Sequence record: PP216085
Source: Escherichia phage vB_EcoM_HZ_ZJUN4
DNA length: 64,000 bases
Direction: 5' to 3' (one strand)
A model generated the notes under the pieces. That model searched no databases and was not told the origin of the DNA. It saw only the letters and a program-made list of their open reading frames with translations. Below, piece by piece: positions 1-9,424 of the stretch. The number at the start of each line of letters is the position of its first letter. The stretch's first letter is position 1. The translations under genes and the position numbers were made by a program.

Positions 1-56
1 TGATATGTTGTTTATGTGTAGTAGTTGCATACGGTTATTACGCAATTAATGATTAT

Positions 57-374
57 ATGCATTATAAAGATTATGATGTTACTGTAGTTAATACCATTAC
101 AGGAACACAAGGAAAAGGGTCTAGTTTATCGTTTATTGCCGTATATGAACTCAAAGACGGTTATAGATTTAGTGAATATATTTCCCCAGAGATGTATTCT
201 TCAATAGAAAAGGGTGATAATATTACTGTAAGTTTACGTCCTTTCGACGTAAAACAGACACTGTTTGATAATATTGTTTGGTTCTTTGGGATGGTATTAG
301 TTCAATCCGTGTGTGGCGCTTATGTAGTCTGTTCAATCATATTCTGTGTATTTAGTAAAATTGAAATTGAGTGA
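57..374 (+). CDS. hypothetical protein
   Basis: Track ORF; hydrophobic C-terminus; no clear RBS; overlaps next gene. Confidence 0.25.
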   Translation: MHYKDYDVTVVNTITGTQGKGSSLSFIAVYELKDGYRFSEYISPEMYSSIEKGDNITVSLRPFDVKQTLFDNIVWFFGMVLVQSVCGAYVVCSIIFCVFSKIEIE

Positions 375-381
375 GGAAAAT

Positions 382-1272
382 ATGTCAGTAGTAATTAATA
401 ATGTCAATGCAGTAATTAAATCATTAGTTAATAAAAAAATGATGAATGAATGGACTGTACTTCGCCGTGGAGAGCCAGATAAATTTTTTCATAGATTTAA
501 CCCAACTTTGGATTTGAATGTTATCGACAAAGATGTTCATGCAGAAATTTTAGATAAGTTTAAAGTTGATATTGGATTTGGATTAGAAAAACATTTGCAG
601 CGAACAACCGGGTCTGGAATGAGTTTATCTAATCGCATTATGAAAGCCCTTAATAAAATTGGAGCGTTGTCTCGTATTAATGCGAGCGAAATCCTTCGTA
701 ATTATAATAAAGGATATGACCTTTACGGTCGACTAATGCCAAAATTATCATTCGATCAAATGATTGCGGATTTGTGGGAAAATCAACGACGATTATTAGC
801 ATTAGGCGCTCGATTAGCTAAAGGTCTAGATAAACAAATGATTTTTAAGACCAATAATACAGAAGACCTTAAATGCTTTAAATTTAGTATTCGCGGAGAT
901 GATTATTACATCAGAGCTCGCTCTACAGATTATGTTAATATGGGACATCATCTCTGTTTAGCTTTTGAAGTTTTAAAAGAAGCTGGAACACTAGAATATT
1001 CATCTGGTGCTAAATGCCCTATTGGTTCAAGTTGTATTTTAATTTATCGCCCGGATGAATCCAGTTCAACTAAATTGCCTACGAAACCTGTGCCAGTTCG
1101 TAGTAACGAAAAACATTCTGAACAAATTGATTATTTTAATAAGCAGATTGAAGAGCTGAATATTTCTATTCAACAATATGACGATGAAATTTTCAGACTA
1201 TCTGGATTGAGTAGTAAAGCTAAATCTGAGCGTGAAAAGTTAATTAAAATTGTTGATTTACTTAAATCTTAA
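382..1272 (+). CDS. hypothetical protein, tandem paralog 1 (K/E-rich coiled-coil-like C-terminal tail)
   Basis: Track ORF 346..1272 trimmed to ATG (MSVVINN) preceded by GAGGAAAAT RBS; motif RRLLALGARLAKG resembles motifs in next three ORFs. Confidence 0.6.
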   Translation: MSVVINNVNAVIKSLVNKKMMNEWTVLRRGEPDKFFHRFNPTLDLNVIDKDVHAEILDKFKVDIGFGLEKHLQRTTGSGMSLSNRIMKALNKIGALSRINASEILRNYNKGYDLYGRLMPKLSFDQMIADLWENQRRLLALGARLAKGLDKQMIFKTNNTEDLKCFKFSIRGDDYYIRARSTDYVNMGHHLCLAFEVLKEAGTLEYSSGAKCPIGSSCILIYRPDESSSTKLPTKPVPVRSNEKHSEQIDYFNKQIEELNISIQQYDDEIFRLSGLSSKAKSEREKLIKIVDLLKS

Positions 1273-1280
1273 GGAACACT

Positions 1281-2309
1281 ATGAAAACTCGTTCTCAAAT
1301 TGAAGATATGGTTCGTAATGCTAGCTATACTCGTGATGTTATGACATTTTTGTGTGAAAATAATTTAGACCCTGATAAAGTTAATCGTGTTATTCATCAC
1401 TTTAAGTATACGAATAGCAGTGAATGGGTGCGTAATTTTAGTAAAGCGGGGTATATTACACAAATGACGGCTCGTGAGCAGCTCACCGATTTCTGTAAAA
1501 CTATTGATTATAAAAATCCTCTATTTGTTCAAGGCGTTGGTCAAAGTAAGGTCGATTTATCATCTGGATTTTTCAATCCAAATCATTATCGTATTGAATG
1601 GAGATTTATTGCTCTGTTCCGTAGACAATTAAAGCAAATTTTATCAACTGCGAGTCGATTAAAAGGTTCTGATATTAACTTAAAGAATCTGAAATTTGAT
1701 GGTTATACTCTTCAGATGGAAGTAAGACCATTAAAAGAAAATAATAGAACTGCACGAATTAGCTTTAAACCTAATACAAAAAATTCTCTTTCAATTTGCG
1801 AATGCCTTAAATTGCAGTTGACAGAAGCATTTAAGTATATGGATGTTGTTGCCGCTGTTCAGTCTAAGATTTTACCTCGTTTTGAGCGAAATTGGGAACA
1901 TACAACAACGTATGAACTTGATATGATCGTTTCATTTAAATACGATTTTTTGAGAAAGGACGAAGTCCCGCAAGAGAAAAAGCAGGAAGTACAAGATAAC
2001 TTAAATTTAAATTTATCCAATTACTCATCAAACGATCCTAAATTTTGGATGTATAGTTCAGGTAATAAAGATGCATGGAAATTCAATAAAGTGAATTTTC
2101 TTCCTGTTGAAAATCCGAGTCTTAAACCTGTTGAAAAATGGCACGCGGATGCGATTGAGAAGTCTATCAAGGCAGTAGATGATGAACTCGTTAAAGCAAC
2201 TAATGAAGTGCTAGAAGCTGAAAAGATGCTAGAAAAAGCTCAAGAAAAAGTCAAAAATCTCACGAAGCAACGTTCTAAACTGAACAATGCACTAAATGCA
2301 CTAAACTAG
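1281..2309 (+). CDS. hypothetical protein, tandem paralog 2 (coiled-coil-like C-terminus)
   Basis: ATG preceded by AAGGA; N-term MKTRSQIEDM; motif RRQLKQILSTASRLKGSD; tail LEAEKMLEKAQEKVKNLTKQRSKLNNALNALN. Confidence 0.65.
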   Translation: MKTRSQIEDMVRNASYTRDVMTFLCENNLDPDKVNRVIHHFKYTNSSEWVRNFSKAGYITQMTAREQLTDFCKTIDYKNPLFVQGVGQSKVDLSSGFFNPNHYRIEWRFIALFRRQLKQILSTASRLKGSDINLKNLKFDGYTLQMEVRPLKENNRTARISFKPNTKNSLSICECLKLQLTEAFKYMDVVAAVQSKILPRFERNWEHTTTYELDMIVSFKYDFLRKDEVPQEKKQEVQDNLNLNLSNYSSNDPKFWMYSSGNKDAWKFNKVNFLPVENPSLKPVEKWHADAIEKSIKAVDDELVKATNEVLEAEKMLEKAQEKVKNLTKQRSKLNNALNALN

Positions 2310-2338
2310 TTTACTTTGCCACAAGGATGTGGTATAAT
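2310..2338 (+). promoter_or_regulatory. T4-type early promoter
   Basis: GTTTAC -35-like element then TGGTATAAT extended -10 with about 17 nt spacing, upstream of CDS 2367. Confidence 0.6.
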
Positions 2339-2366
2339 GTTCTTACTTTCTACTGAGGAGATTAAT

Positions 2367-3368
2367 ATGACTCGTAACGAATATATCAAATCATTCAATA
2401 GTGTTATTGATGATAAAGCTATACCGGTGTTTGGCCAAAATAGCGTTATTTCTATTATCAATCAATGGCTCAATAGCGTTGACGCGAGTATTGTTTCTTC
2501 TGCTAAATTTATTCATGAAATTCGTAAAATTTCTAGCCGTGTAGATAAAGATGTTATCAAGAAAACCTTTAAAGAGTCTCGTCTTCTTTCATATTTGGTT
2601 AATCGGGATATTCTTGGTAATTTTGGGAAAGAAATTAAACGAACCAAAGATGTAGTAGGATATAATTGGTTCGGTGATGTTAATTCTTATCATCTTAATG
2701 TCAAAGAAGACCCTGAGAATATTTTTACTCGTCGTTGGATTAGTAATTTCAGACTTTTCAAAGGACAGATTCTAAAATCAGCTTCTAAATTATGTTATGG
2801 CGATTATCGTCAAATTCATCCTTTGGCTTCTGATATGATTATCATAAAAGAATATGAACTTGATAAAAATAAAGTATCTATTTTTGTGAATTATGGATTT
2901 TTTACACCAGAAACTAACCAAAAGAATATTAATAAATTTTTCTCAATTGCTAGCACTATAACTCGTCAATTAGAAACCGCATTACTTTGTATGGAAACGG
3001 TAGAAAATATTCATACTTATCCTTTTAAGAATATGTGTGGTTGGGAAGGATATAAAATTATAATTAGCCTTCGTGAAGTGAAATGCGCTTATTCACCGAC
3101 TGATAAAGAAATTTACCAACAAAAATGTGATGAAATTGTGAATACTCCTAAAGAAGAAACTACCCTTGAAGAACTAATGGATAATCTTGACGATTCGCCT
3201 GAACCGATAGAAATTCGTCCAGAAGTTATTGCACTAGAAAAAGCTTATAAAGAAGTTCTAGAAATTTCTAATAAAGCGCAGAAAGAATATGAGAAGGCTA
3301 AAAGGATTTGGGAAGAATCTGTTAATCGCCTGGATCGTCTTGAACAAGCTTTACAGCTAATTAAGTAA
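2367..3368 (+). CDS. hypothetical protein, tandem paralog 3 (coiled-coil-like C-terminus)
   Basis: Track ORF 2316..3368 trimmed to ATG (MTRNEYIKS) preceded by GAGGAG RBS; motif FKGQILKSASKLCYGD; K/E-rich tail. Confidence 0.65.
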   Translation: MTRNEYIKSFNSVIDDKAIPVFGQNSVISIINQWLNSVDASIVSSAKFIHEIRKISSRVDKDVIKKTFKESRLLSYLVNRDILGNFGKEIKRTKDVVGYNWFGDVNSYHLNVKEDPENIFTRRWISNFRLFKGQILKSASKLCYGDYRQIHPLASDMIIIKEYELDKNKVSIFVNYGFFTPETNQKNINKFFSIASTITRQLETALLCMETVENIHTYPFKNMCGWEGYKIIISLREVKCAYSPTDKEIYQQKCDEIVNTPKEETTLEELMDNLDDSPEPIEIRPEVIALEKAYKEVLEISNKAQKEYEKAKRIWEESVNRLDRLEQALQLIK

Positions 3369-3420
3369 TTTAAAGCCAAGGATGGCTCGGAGTATAAATC
3401 ATTAACCAAGTGAGAAGAAC

Positions 3421-4350
3421 ATGAAAACTCGTAAACATTATATTGATTATTTTGACAGTCTTATTACTAAACATCGTAATTATCAGATAGGACATAGAGC
3501 AGTAATCAATAATATTCTTCGTGATTTCCTTCAATATGTTGGCCAGGAAAATCATATCTGTAAAGATACACAGAACGCTTATTCTCATTCGTTGGGCAAT
3601 TTGCTTCAATGGTTTAAACGTTCTCGTATGTTATCTTCTACTGTAGCTCGTGATAACATTAAAAACTTTATGAAGCCGAGCTTTATTAAATCTGAGACAT
3701 CTATAACTGATTTGGTTGAATTTACTATTGTTAACGATGTTAAAAAGACCCATTTGGCTGATTGGTTATCTACCATTCCTGAAACTAAATTTGCTGATAA
3801 ATTCGCTTGTCAATTCAATGACCAAGTGAATATGCTTTTTAAGCATGCTCGTAAACTATTTACCGCAGGCGATGACCGTACAAATACAGTTCATGTTAAG
3901 GACTGGGTTATTGCTGATGAAGTAACGCACAAGCCAGGTGGTTCATCAGTATTAATTAATATCCAGGTTCCTTATTATTACTCACGTAATCTCGGCACCA
4001 TGACAGCTAGAGAAATTAATAAGCATAACAAAACTATTCGTTCGTTGTCTTATAAACTCTGCACGATGGTGGAGATGATGGACGTAGTGGAAATGTATGA
4101 TGAAACCGAAGATAATAGTTCAATGTTATACAGTTCACGCATTTTAATTAAACTGAAGAATCCTAATACATATAAGCCAGTTGTAAAAGAACCTAAAGTA
4201 GAAAAGGTTGATAACTTGAGCGAAGAACGTGAATACCTCAAATCTCGACTAGTTGAAGTTGAAGCCCAGATTGCCGAACACACCAAATTGTTAAAAGCTC
4301 TTAATGCAAAAGCAAATGGTTTACGCAATGCTATTGAGGTATTGAAATGA
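3421..4350 (+). CDS. hypothetical protein, tandem paralog 4 (coiled-coil-like C-terminus)
   Basis: N-term MKTRKHYIDYF similar to paralog 2; motif MLFKHARKLFTAGDD; tail [33 protein letters not shown]. Confidence 0.65.
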   Translation: MKTRKHYIDYFDSLITKHRNYQIGHRAVINNILRDFLQYVGQENHICKDTQNAYSHSLGNLLQWFKRSRMLSSTVARDNIKNFMKPSFIKSETSITDLVEFTIVNDVKKTHLADWLSTIPETKFADKFACQFNDQVNMLFKHARKLFTAGDDRTNTVHVKDWVIADEVTHKPGGSSVLINIQVPYYYSRNLGTMTAREINKHNKTIRSLSYKLCTMVEMMDVVEMYDETEDNSSMLYSSRILIKLKNPNTYKPVVKEPKVEKVDNLSEEREYLKSRLVEVEAQIAEHTKLLKALNAKANGLRNAIEVLK

Positions 4351-4664
4351 AAAAGCGTCTATTAGAAGATATTGCAGCTTCAAGTAATTCCAGTCTAATT
4401 AAAATTATTATGGCTGGTGAAGAAGACGATCTGGAAATGCGCGGAAAGATTCATGGTTGTGACGATCTAGACTTTAAACCTCCTGCTTGGGATGCCATTA
4501 TGGCTATGGTTGAACGTCGCGAAAGGGCTTCTAAGAGTGTTCCGAACTGCCCAAAATGTGGTACCGAACAGGTACAATTAGTTCATTGGCAGACTAGTAT
4601 TCTTCGTTATAAATGTCGTCATTGCAAACACCGATTTAACCGAGAAGAAAATGACAAAGCGTAA
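4347..4664 (+). CDS. small zinc-ribbon protein
   Basis: C-terminal CPKCG...CRHCKH (CxxC-x17-CxxC); start overlaps previous stop (ATGA). Confidence 0.5.
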   Translation: MKKRLLEDIAASSNSSLIKIIMAGEEDDLEMRGKIHGCDDLDFKPPAWDAIMAMVERRERASKSVPNCPKCGTEQVQLVHWQTSILRYKCRHCKHRFNREENDKA

Positions 4665-4893
4665 AGAATATATGGAGATTGCTGAAAAAGCAGTCCGTGA
4701 ATTAGCAATAGCTTATTATAATGAACATGGTAAATTTCCTGATAGATACAGCGTGCTTAAATCTGCTTTAACTCGTTCATATAAAAATATGCTATCAGAA
4801 GTAAGTGATATTATATACAAACATAAAGAACAAACTGGCCAAAGTCTTGATTATGACGAGACTTTTAAACAAGTACTAGGAATTAAGGAATAA
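4651..4893 (+). CDS. hypothetical protein
   Basis: Track ORF, 80 aa, tightly packed between neighbours. Confidence 0.45.
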   Translation: MTKRKEYMEIAEKAVRELAIAYYNEHGKFPDRYSVLKSALTRSYKNMLSEVSDIIYKHKEQTGQSLDYDETFKQVLGIKE

Positions 4894-4894
4894 T

Positions 4895-5158
4895 ATGTTT
4901 AAAGTATATGGTTATGATAGCAACATCCATAAATGTGTGTATTGTGATAATGCAAAACGTCTCTTGACTGTGAAGAAACAGCCGTTTGAATTTATCAACA
5001 TTATGCCGGAAAAAGGTGTTTTTGATGATGAGAAAATCGCTGAGCTTCTGACTAAACTAGGTCGTGATACTCAAATCGGATTGACGATGCCTCAGGTATT
5101 TGCTCCTGATGGAAGTCATATTGGTGGATTTGACCAATTGCGGGAATACTTTAAATGA
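4895..5158 (+). CDS. nrdC: phage thioredoxin/glutaredoxin NrdC
   Basis: 87 aa with CVYC redox motif near N-terminus; matches recalled T4 NrdC. Confidence 0.85.
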   Translation: MFKVYGYDSNIHKCVYCDNAKRLLTVKKQPFEFINIMPEKGVFDDEKIAELLTKLGRDTQIGLTMPQVFAPDGSHIGGFDQLREYFK

Positions 5159-5370
5159 TGCTTGAAGGAACTGATTATATCCATGACTACCGCGGAAGCG
5201 CGGTATATGTGGGTGATGAGGTTGCAGTTTATTATGGGTATGGAACTTTGATGACAGCAAAGGTTATTCAAATTAAAAATGGCCGTGCTAAACTCGAAGT
5301 TTATTATTCTAATGGTGAAAAGTCTATTTCTAAATGGAAATATGGCGATTGCATGGTTAAACTGGGGTAA
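5155..5370 (+). CDS. hypothetical protein
   Basis: Track ORF, 71 aa; ATGA overlap with nrdC stop. Confidence 0.4.
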   Translation: MMLEGTDYIHDYRGSAVYVGDEVAVYYGYGTLMTAKVIQIKNGRAKLEVYYSNGEKSISKWKYGDCMVKLG

Positions 5371-5372
5371 AT

Positions 5373-5681
5373 ATGATTTACGATGTTGATGCAGTTTTGA
5401 GCGAAATCATCGAAGACCATGATGCATTTTCTGAAAATTATGATTTCGATTTTTCGGATTATCTTAAACCTATCGAAATAGAAGACTGGGTACAAGATGG
5501 CAAATGCCAATATCGGCAGTGTGTTTATTTTAGCCCAAAACATAATGTACATGTTTCCGTAAATGAATGCCGTTCAGGTTCTTATCATTCTGACTGGTAT
5601 TATGCAGTTCCAACTGTTGAGTTAGTTGAACTACGAGAACGTGTAGTAACTCAGACAATACGAGAATGGATTACGCTATAA
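5373..5681 (+). CDS. hypothetical protein
   Basis: Track ORF, 102 aa. Confidence 0.45.
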   Translation: MIYDVDAVLSEIIEDHDAFSENYDFDFSDYLKPIEIEDWVQDGKCQYRQCVYFSPKHNVHVSVNECRSGSYHSDWYYAVPTVELVELRERVVTQTIREWITL

Positions 5682-5786
5682 AACCCTGGTGGGCGGCTAG
5701 ATGGGAAACTGTAGAGCCAGAGCCGGAAGAACCGGTTTACACTGATGAAGAAACAGTATATAATGAACCAACGATAAATGACTTAA

Positions 5787-6251
5787 TTGATATGGAGATG
5801 GGATATGATTGCAGTAGATAAGTGGTTTAGAATTAATCGTGCTGATAAAGGGCTGTGTAATTACTGGCCGGAACTTAGTGCAGGTACTGTCTTTAAAGTT
5901 CGTGAACTTGCAAAAGAATGTGAAGACGATATAGAACCTGATACTGGAATTATTGAAATTGAACTTTCTGGCGGAAAGATTATTAACATCTATGATAAGC
6001 CTATTACATATTGGTGCTTGTGGAATACTGAATCAGTAGAAAATGGCGAAATTGAAGAAGTTGTAGAACGAGTTGATCAAGCTATTCATAAACCTAAAGC
6101 CGCTTTTCAAGGTGAACGTATTTCATATGCATTAGCTAAATTAGCTGCACAAGAAAATAACGATGGTTATGAAGGAAATTTGATGCAAGCTGCGGCAGAA
6201 TATATTGAATGGCTTGAAACTCAAATTTCTTTTTCTGACCGAGCGTTTTAA
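5787..6251 (+). CDS. hypothetical protein; candidate Pin (Lon protease inhibitor) by position between nrdC and gene 49
   Basis: Track start is TTG; in-frame ATG at 5805 preceded by GGAGATGGG is the more likely start; identity by synteny and size only. Confidence 0.4.
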   Translation: MIWRWDMIAVDKWFRINRADKGLCNYWPELSAGTVFKVRELAKECEDDIEPDTGIIEIELSGGKIINIYDKPITYWCLWNTESVENGEIEEVVERVDQAIHKPKAAFQGERISYALAKLAAQENNDGYEGNLMQAAAEYIEWLETQISFSDRAF

Positions 6252-6270
6252 TACTTGAAAATAATAAATA

Positions 6271-6299
6271 CCCTTATCTATTCAAGGTAAGGGTTTTAT
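6271..6299 (+). terminator. stem-loop CCCTTA...TAAGGG followed by TTTTATT immediately upstream of gene 49
   Basis: Inverted repeat plus T-tract; could terminate the upstream transcript and/or sequester the gene 49 initiation region. Confidence 0.4.
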
Positions 6300-6300
6300 T

Positions 6301-6774
6301 ATGTTATTGACTGGCAAATTGTACAAAGAAGAAAAACAAAAATTTTATGATGCACAAAACGGTAAATGCTTAATTTGCCAACGAGAATTAAATCCTGATG
6401 TTCAAGCTAATCACCTTGACCATGACCATGAATTAAATGGACCGAAAGCTGGAAAGGTACGTGGGTTGCTTTGTAATCTCTGTAATGCGGCAGAAGGTCA
6501 AATGAAACATAAATTTAATCGTTCTGGCTTAAAAGGACAAGGCGTTGATTATCTTGAATGGTTAGAAAATTTACTTACTTATTTAAAATCCGATTACACC
6601 CAAAATAATATTCACCCTAACTTTGTTGGAGATAAATCAAAGGAATTTTCTCGTTTAGGAAAAGAGGAAATGATGGCTGAGATGCTTCAAAGAGGATTTG
6701 AATATAATGAATCTGACACTAAAACACAATTAATAGCTTCATTTAAGAAGCAGCTTAGAAAGAGTTTAAAATGA
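6301..6774 (+). CDS. 49: endonuclease VII, Holliday junction resolvase
   Basis: 157 aa; Cys cluster CLICQ...CNLCN; matches recalled T4 gp49. Confidence 0.85.
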   Translation: MLLTGKLYKEEKQKFYDAQNGKCLICQRELNPDVQANHLDHDHELNGPKAGKVRGLLCNLCNAAEGQMKHKFNRSGLKGQGVDYLEWLENLLTYLKSDYTQNNIHPNFVGDKSKEFSRLGKEEMMAEMLQRGFEYNESDTKTQLIASFKKQLRKSLK

Positions 6775-8588
6775 CAATTGAAAAAGAAATTGAAGGATTA
6801 ATTCATAAAACTAATAAAGACCTTTTGAACGAGAATGCTAATAAAGATTCTCGTGTTTTTCCAACTCAACGGGACCTTATGGCTGGTATTGTGTCTAAAC
6901 ACATTGCCAAAAATATGGTCCCGTCTTTTATTATGAAAGCGCATGAAAGCGGAATTATTCATTTCCATGATATTGATTATTCCCCTGCTCTTCCATTTAC
7001 TAATTGCTGTTTAGTAGATTTAAAAGGAATGCTTGAGAACGGGTTTAAGCTTGGTAATGCACAGATTGAAACCCCTAAATCAATCGGCGTTGCTACTGCA
7101 ATTATGGCACAAATTACTGCACAGGTTGCTTCCCATCAATACGGTGGAACGACTTTTGCGAATGTAGATAAAGTCCTTTCTCCTTATGTTAAACGCACCT
7201 ATGCAAAACATATTGAAGACGCGGAAAAATGGCAAATCACTGATGCGTTGAATTATGCCCAATCTAAAACAGAAAAAGATGTATACGATGCGTTCCAAGC
7301 TTATGAATATGAAGTAAATACTCTCTTTAGTTCAAACGGACAAACGCCTTTTGTAACAATTACATTTGGTACGGGAACTGACTGGACTGAACGAATGATT
7401 CAGAAAGCAATTCTGAAAAATCGTATTAAAGGTCTTGGTCGTGACGGGATAACTCCTATTTTCCCTAAACTTGTTATGTTCGTTGAAGAAGGTGTTAATC
7501 TTTATAAAGACGATCCGAACTATGATATTAAGCAGCTTGCTCTAGAGTGTGCAAGCAAAAGAATGTATCCTGATATTATTTCAGCTAAGAACAATAAAGC
7601 TATCACCGGTTCATCTATTCCTGTTTCTCCAATGGGTTGCCGTAGTTTCTTGAGCGTATGGAAAGATTCGACTGGTAATGAAATTCTTGATGGACGTAAT
7701 AATCTTGGTGTTGTAACACTGAATCTTCCTCGCATTGCACTAGATTCTTATATTGGAACACAGTTCAATGAACAGAAATTTGCCGAATTGTTCAATGAGA
7801 GAATGGATTTATGTTTTGAAGCATTGATGTGTAGAATTAGTTCCTTAAAAGGAGTTAAAGCTACTGTTGCTCCTATTCTTTACCAAGAAGGTGCATTCGG
7901 GGTTCGTCTTAAACCTGATGACGATATAATTGAGTTATTTAAAAACGGTAGAAGTTCAGTGTCCCTAGGATACATTGGTATTCACGAATTGAATATTCTT
8001 GTCGGTCGTGATATTGGACAAGAAATTTTAACTAAAATGAATACTCATCTTAAGCAGTGGACTGAAAGAACCGGTTTTGCTTTTAGCTTGTATTCTACTC
8101 CTGCTGAAAACCTGTGCTATCGCTTCTGTAAACTTGATACTGAGAAATATGGAAGTGTAAAAGATGTTACTGATAAAGGATGGTACACTAATAGTTTCCA
8201 TGTTTCAGTAGAAGAAAATATCACTCCGTTTGAAAAGATTTCTCGTGAAGCACCATATCATTTCATTGCGACAGGTGGTCACATTTCTTATGTTGAACTT
8301 CCTGATATGAAAAATAACTTAAAAGGTCTTGAGGCTGTATGGGATTATGCTGCGCAACATTTAGATTATTTTGGCGTTAACATGCCAGTAGATAAATGTT
8401 TTACGTGTGGAAGTACCCATGAAATGACTCCTACTGAAAACGGATTTGTTTGTTCTATTTGTGGAGAAACTGATCCTAAAAAGATGAACACAATAAGAAG
8501 AACTTGTGGTTATTTGGGAAATCCGAATGAACGCGGATTTAATCTTGGCAAAAATAAAGAAATCATGCATAGGGTTAAACACCAATGA
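6771..8588 (+). CDS. nrdD: anaerobic ribonucleoside-triphosphate reductase NrdD (uninterrupted, no intron)
   Basis: 605 aa; C-terminal Cys cluster CFTCGS...CSICGE and glycyl-radical region RRTCGYLGNPNERGFNLGK; matches recalled T4 NrdD. Confidence 0.95.
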   Translation: MTIEKEIEGLIHKTNKDLLNENANKDSRVFPTQRDLMAGIVSKHIAKNMVPSFIMKAHESGIIHFHDIDYSPALPFTNCCLVDLKGMLENGFKLGNAQIETPKSIGVATAIMAQITAQVASHQYGGTTFANVDKVLSPYVKRTYAKHIEDAEKWQITDALNYAQSKTEKDVYDAFQAYEYEVNTLFSSNGQTPFVTITFGTGTDWTERMIQKAILKNRIKGLGRDGITPIFPKLVMFVEEGVNLYKDDPNYDIKQLALECASKRMYPDIISAKNNKAITGSSIPVSPMGCRSFLSVWKDSTGNEILDGRNNLGVVTLNLPRIALDSYIGTQFNEQKFAELFNERMDLCFEALMCRISSLKGVKATVAPILYQEGAFGVRLKPDDDIIELFKNGRSSVSLGYIGIHELNILVGRDIGQEILTKMNTHLKQWTERTGFAFSLYSTPAENLCYRFCKLDTEKYGSVKDVTDKGWYTNSFHVSVEENITPFEKISREAPYHFIATGGHISYVELPDMKNNLKGLEAVWDYAAQHLDYFGVNMPVDKCFTCGSTHEMTPTENGFVCSICGETDPKKMNTIRRTCGYLGNPNERGFNLGKNKEIMHRVKHQ

Positions 8589-9424
8589 ATTACGATAGAT
8601 TTTATCCCTGTGATTTTGTGAATGATAAATTATCTTTAATATTTGAAGAAAATAATGATTTACTATTGTCATATGTTGATTTGATAACAAAAAATTATAA
8701 TAATCCTAAAATAAAAGGAAAAACGGAAGCACATCACGTGCTTCCCAAATCTATATTTCCCGAATATAAAACAGATAAATGGAATATTGTTAATTTGTCA
8801 TATTATGACCACGCGTTAGCTCATTACTATTTAGCTAAAACAAGTAATAGTAAAATGTGTTATGCCTTTCATAGAATGATAAACTCGAATACCGATAGAT
8901 TTAATACAGATGAATTGGATGAAATTCTTAAATTGTATTCCAGTGAAAAGGAATTATTTCACCGCTCTATGTCAAAATTATCGAAAAATATATGGAAGGA
9001 TGACGATTTTAGAAAAAGACATAGAGAACTAACTAAGTTAGCAATGCAAAAACCTGAAGTTAGAAATAAAACTTTATTAAATTTGTCAAATGCAATGAAA
9101 ACTGACGAAGTTAGAAATAAAATTTCCAGGCTAACTAAGTTAGCAATGCAAAAACCTGAAGTAAAAGAAAAACATAGAAATTCATTGAGGTTGGCGTATG
9201 CAAATCCTGAGGTTATGAAAAGAAAACATCAACGTCTTCGAGAAAAATATACTCTTAATTTATTTGGCGCATATAAAGATGGTGTTCTTTTAAAAACATT
9301 TAATTATATACCAGACGCAGCAAAATATTTTAATATTTCTAGCAAAGGAAATATTTTAAAATGTTTAAATGGCGAACGTAAAAGTGTTGAAGGCTATAAT
9401 TGGAAATATATAAATGAATTATGA
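8585..9424 (+). CDS. free-standing HNH homing endonuclease (Mob-like) inserted between nrdD and nrdG
   Basis: HNH region EAHHVLPKS...NIVNLSYYDHALAH; tandem repeated modules LTKLAMQKPEV(R/K)(N/E)K; first 13 codons MNYDRFYPCDFVN nearly identical to nrdG start. Confidence 0.85.
   Translation: MNYDRFYPCDFVNDKLSLIFEENNDLLLSYVDLITKNYNNPKIKGKTEAHHVLPKSIFPEYKTDKWNIVNLSYYDHALAHYYLAKTSNSKMCYAFHRMINSNTDRFNTDELDEILKLYSSEKELFHRSMSKLSKNIWKDDDFRKRHRELTKLAMQKPEVRNKTLLNLSNAMKTDEVRNKISRLTKLAMQKPEVKEKHRNSLRLAYANPEVMKRKHQRLREKYTLNLFGAYKDGVLLKTFNYIPDAAKYFNISSKGNILKCLNGERKSVEGYNWKYINEL

Noticed and set aside
3370-4328. Two - strand ORFs (3370..3609 and 4050..4328)
   Set aside because: Antisense to paralog 4; no RBS or promoter; typical shadow ORFs of AT-rich coding DNA.
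7080-7735. - strand ORFs within nrdD (7080..7298, 7520..7735)
   Set aside because: Embedded antisense in a conserved enzyme gene; no start signals.
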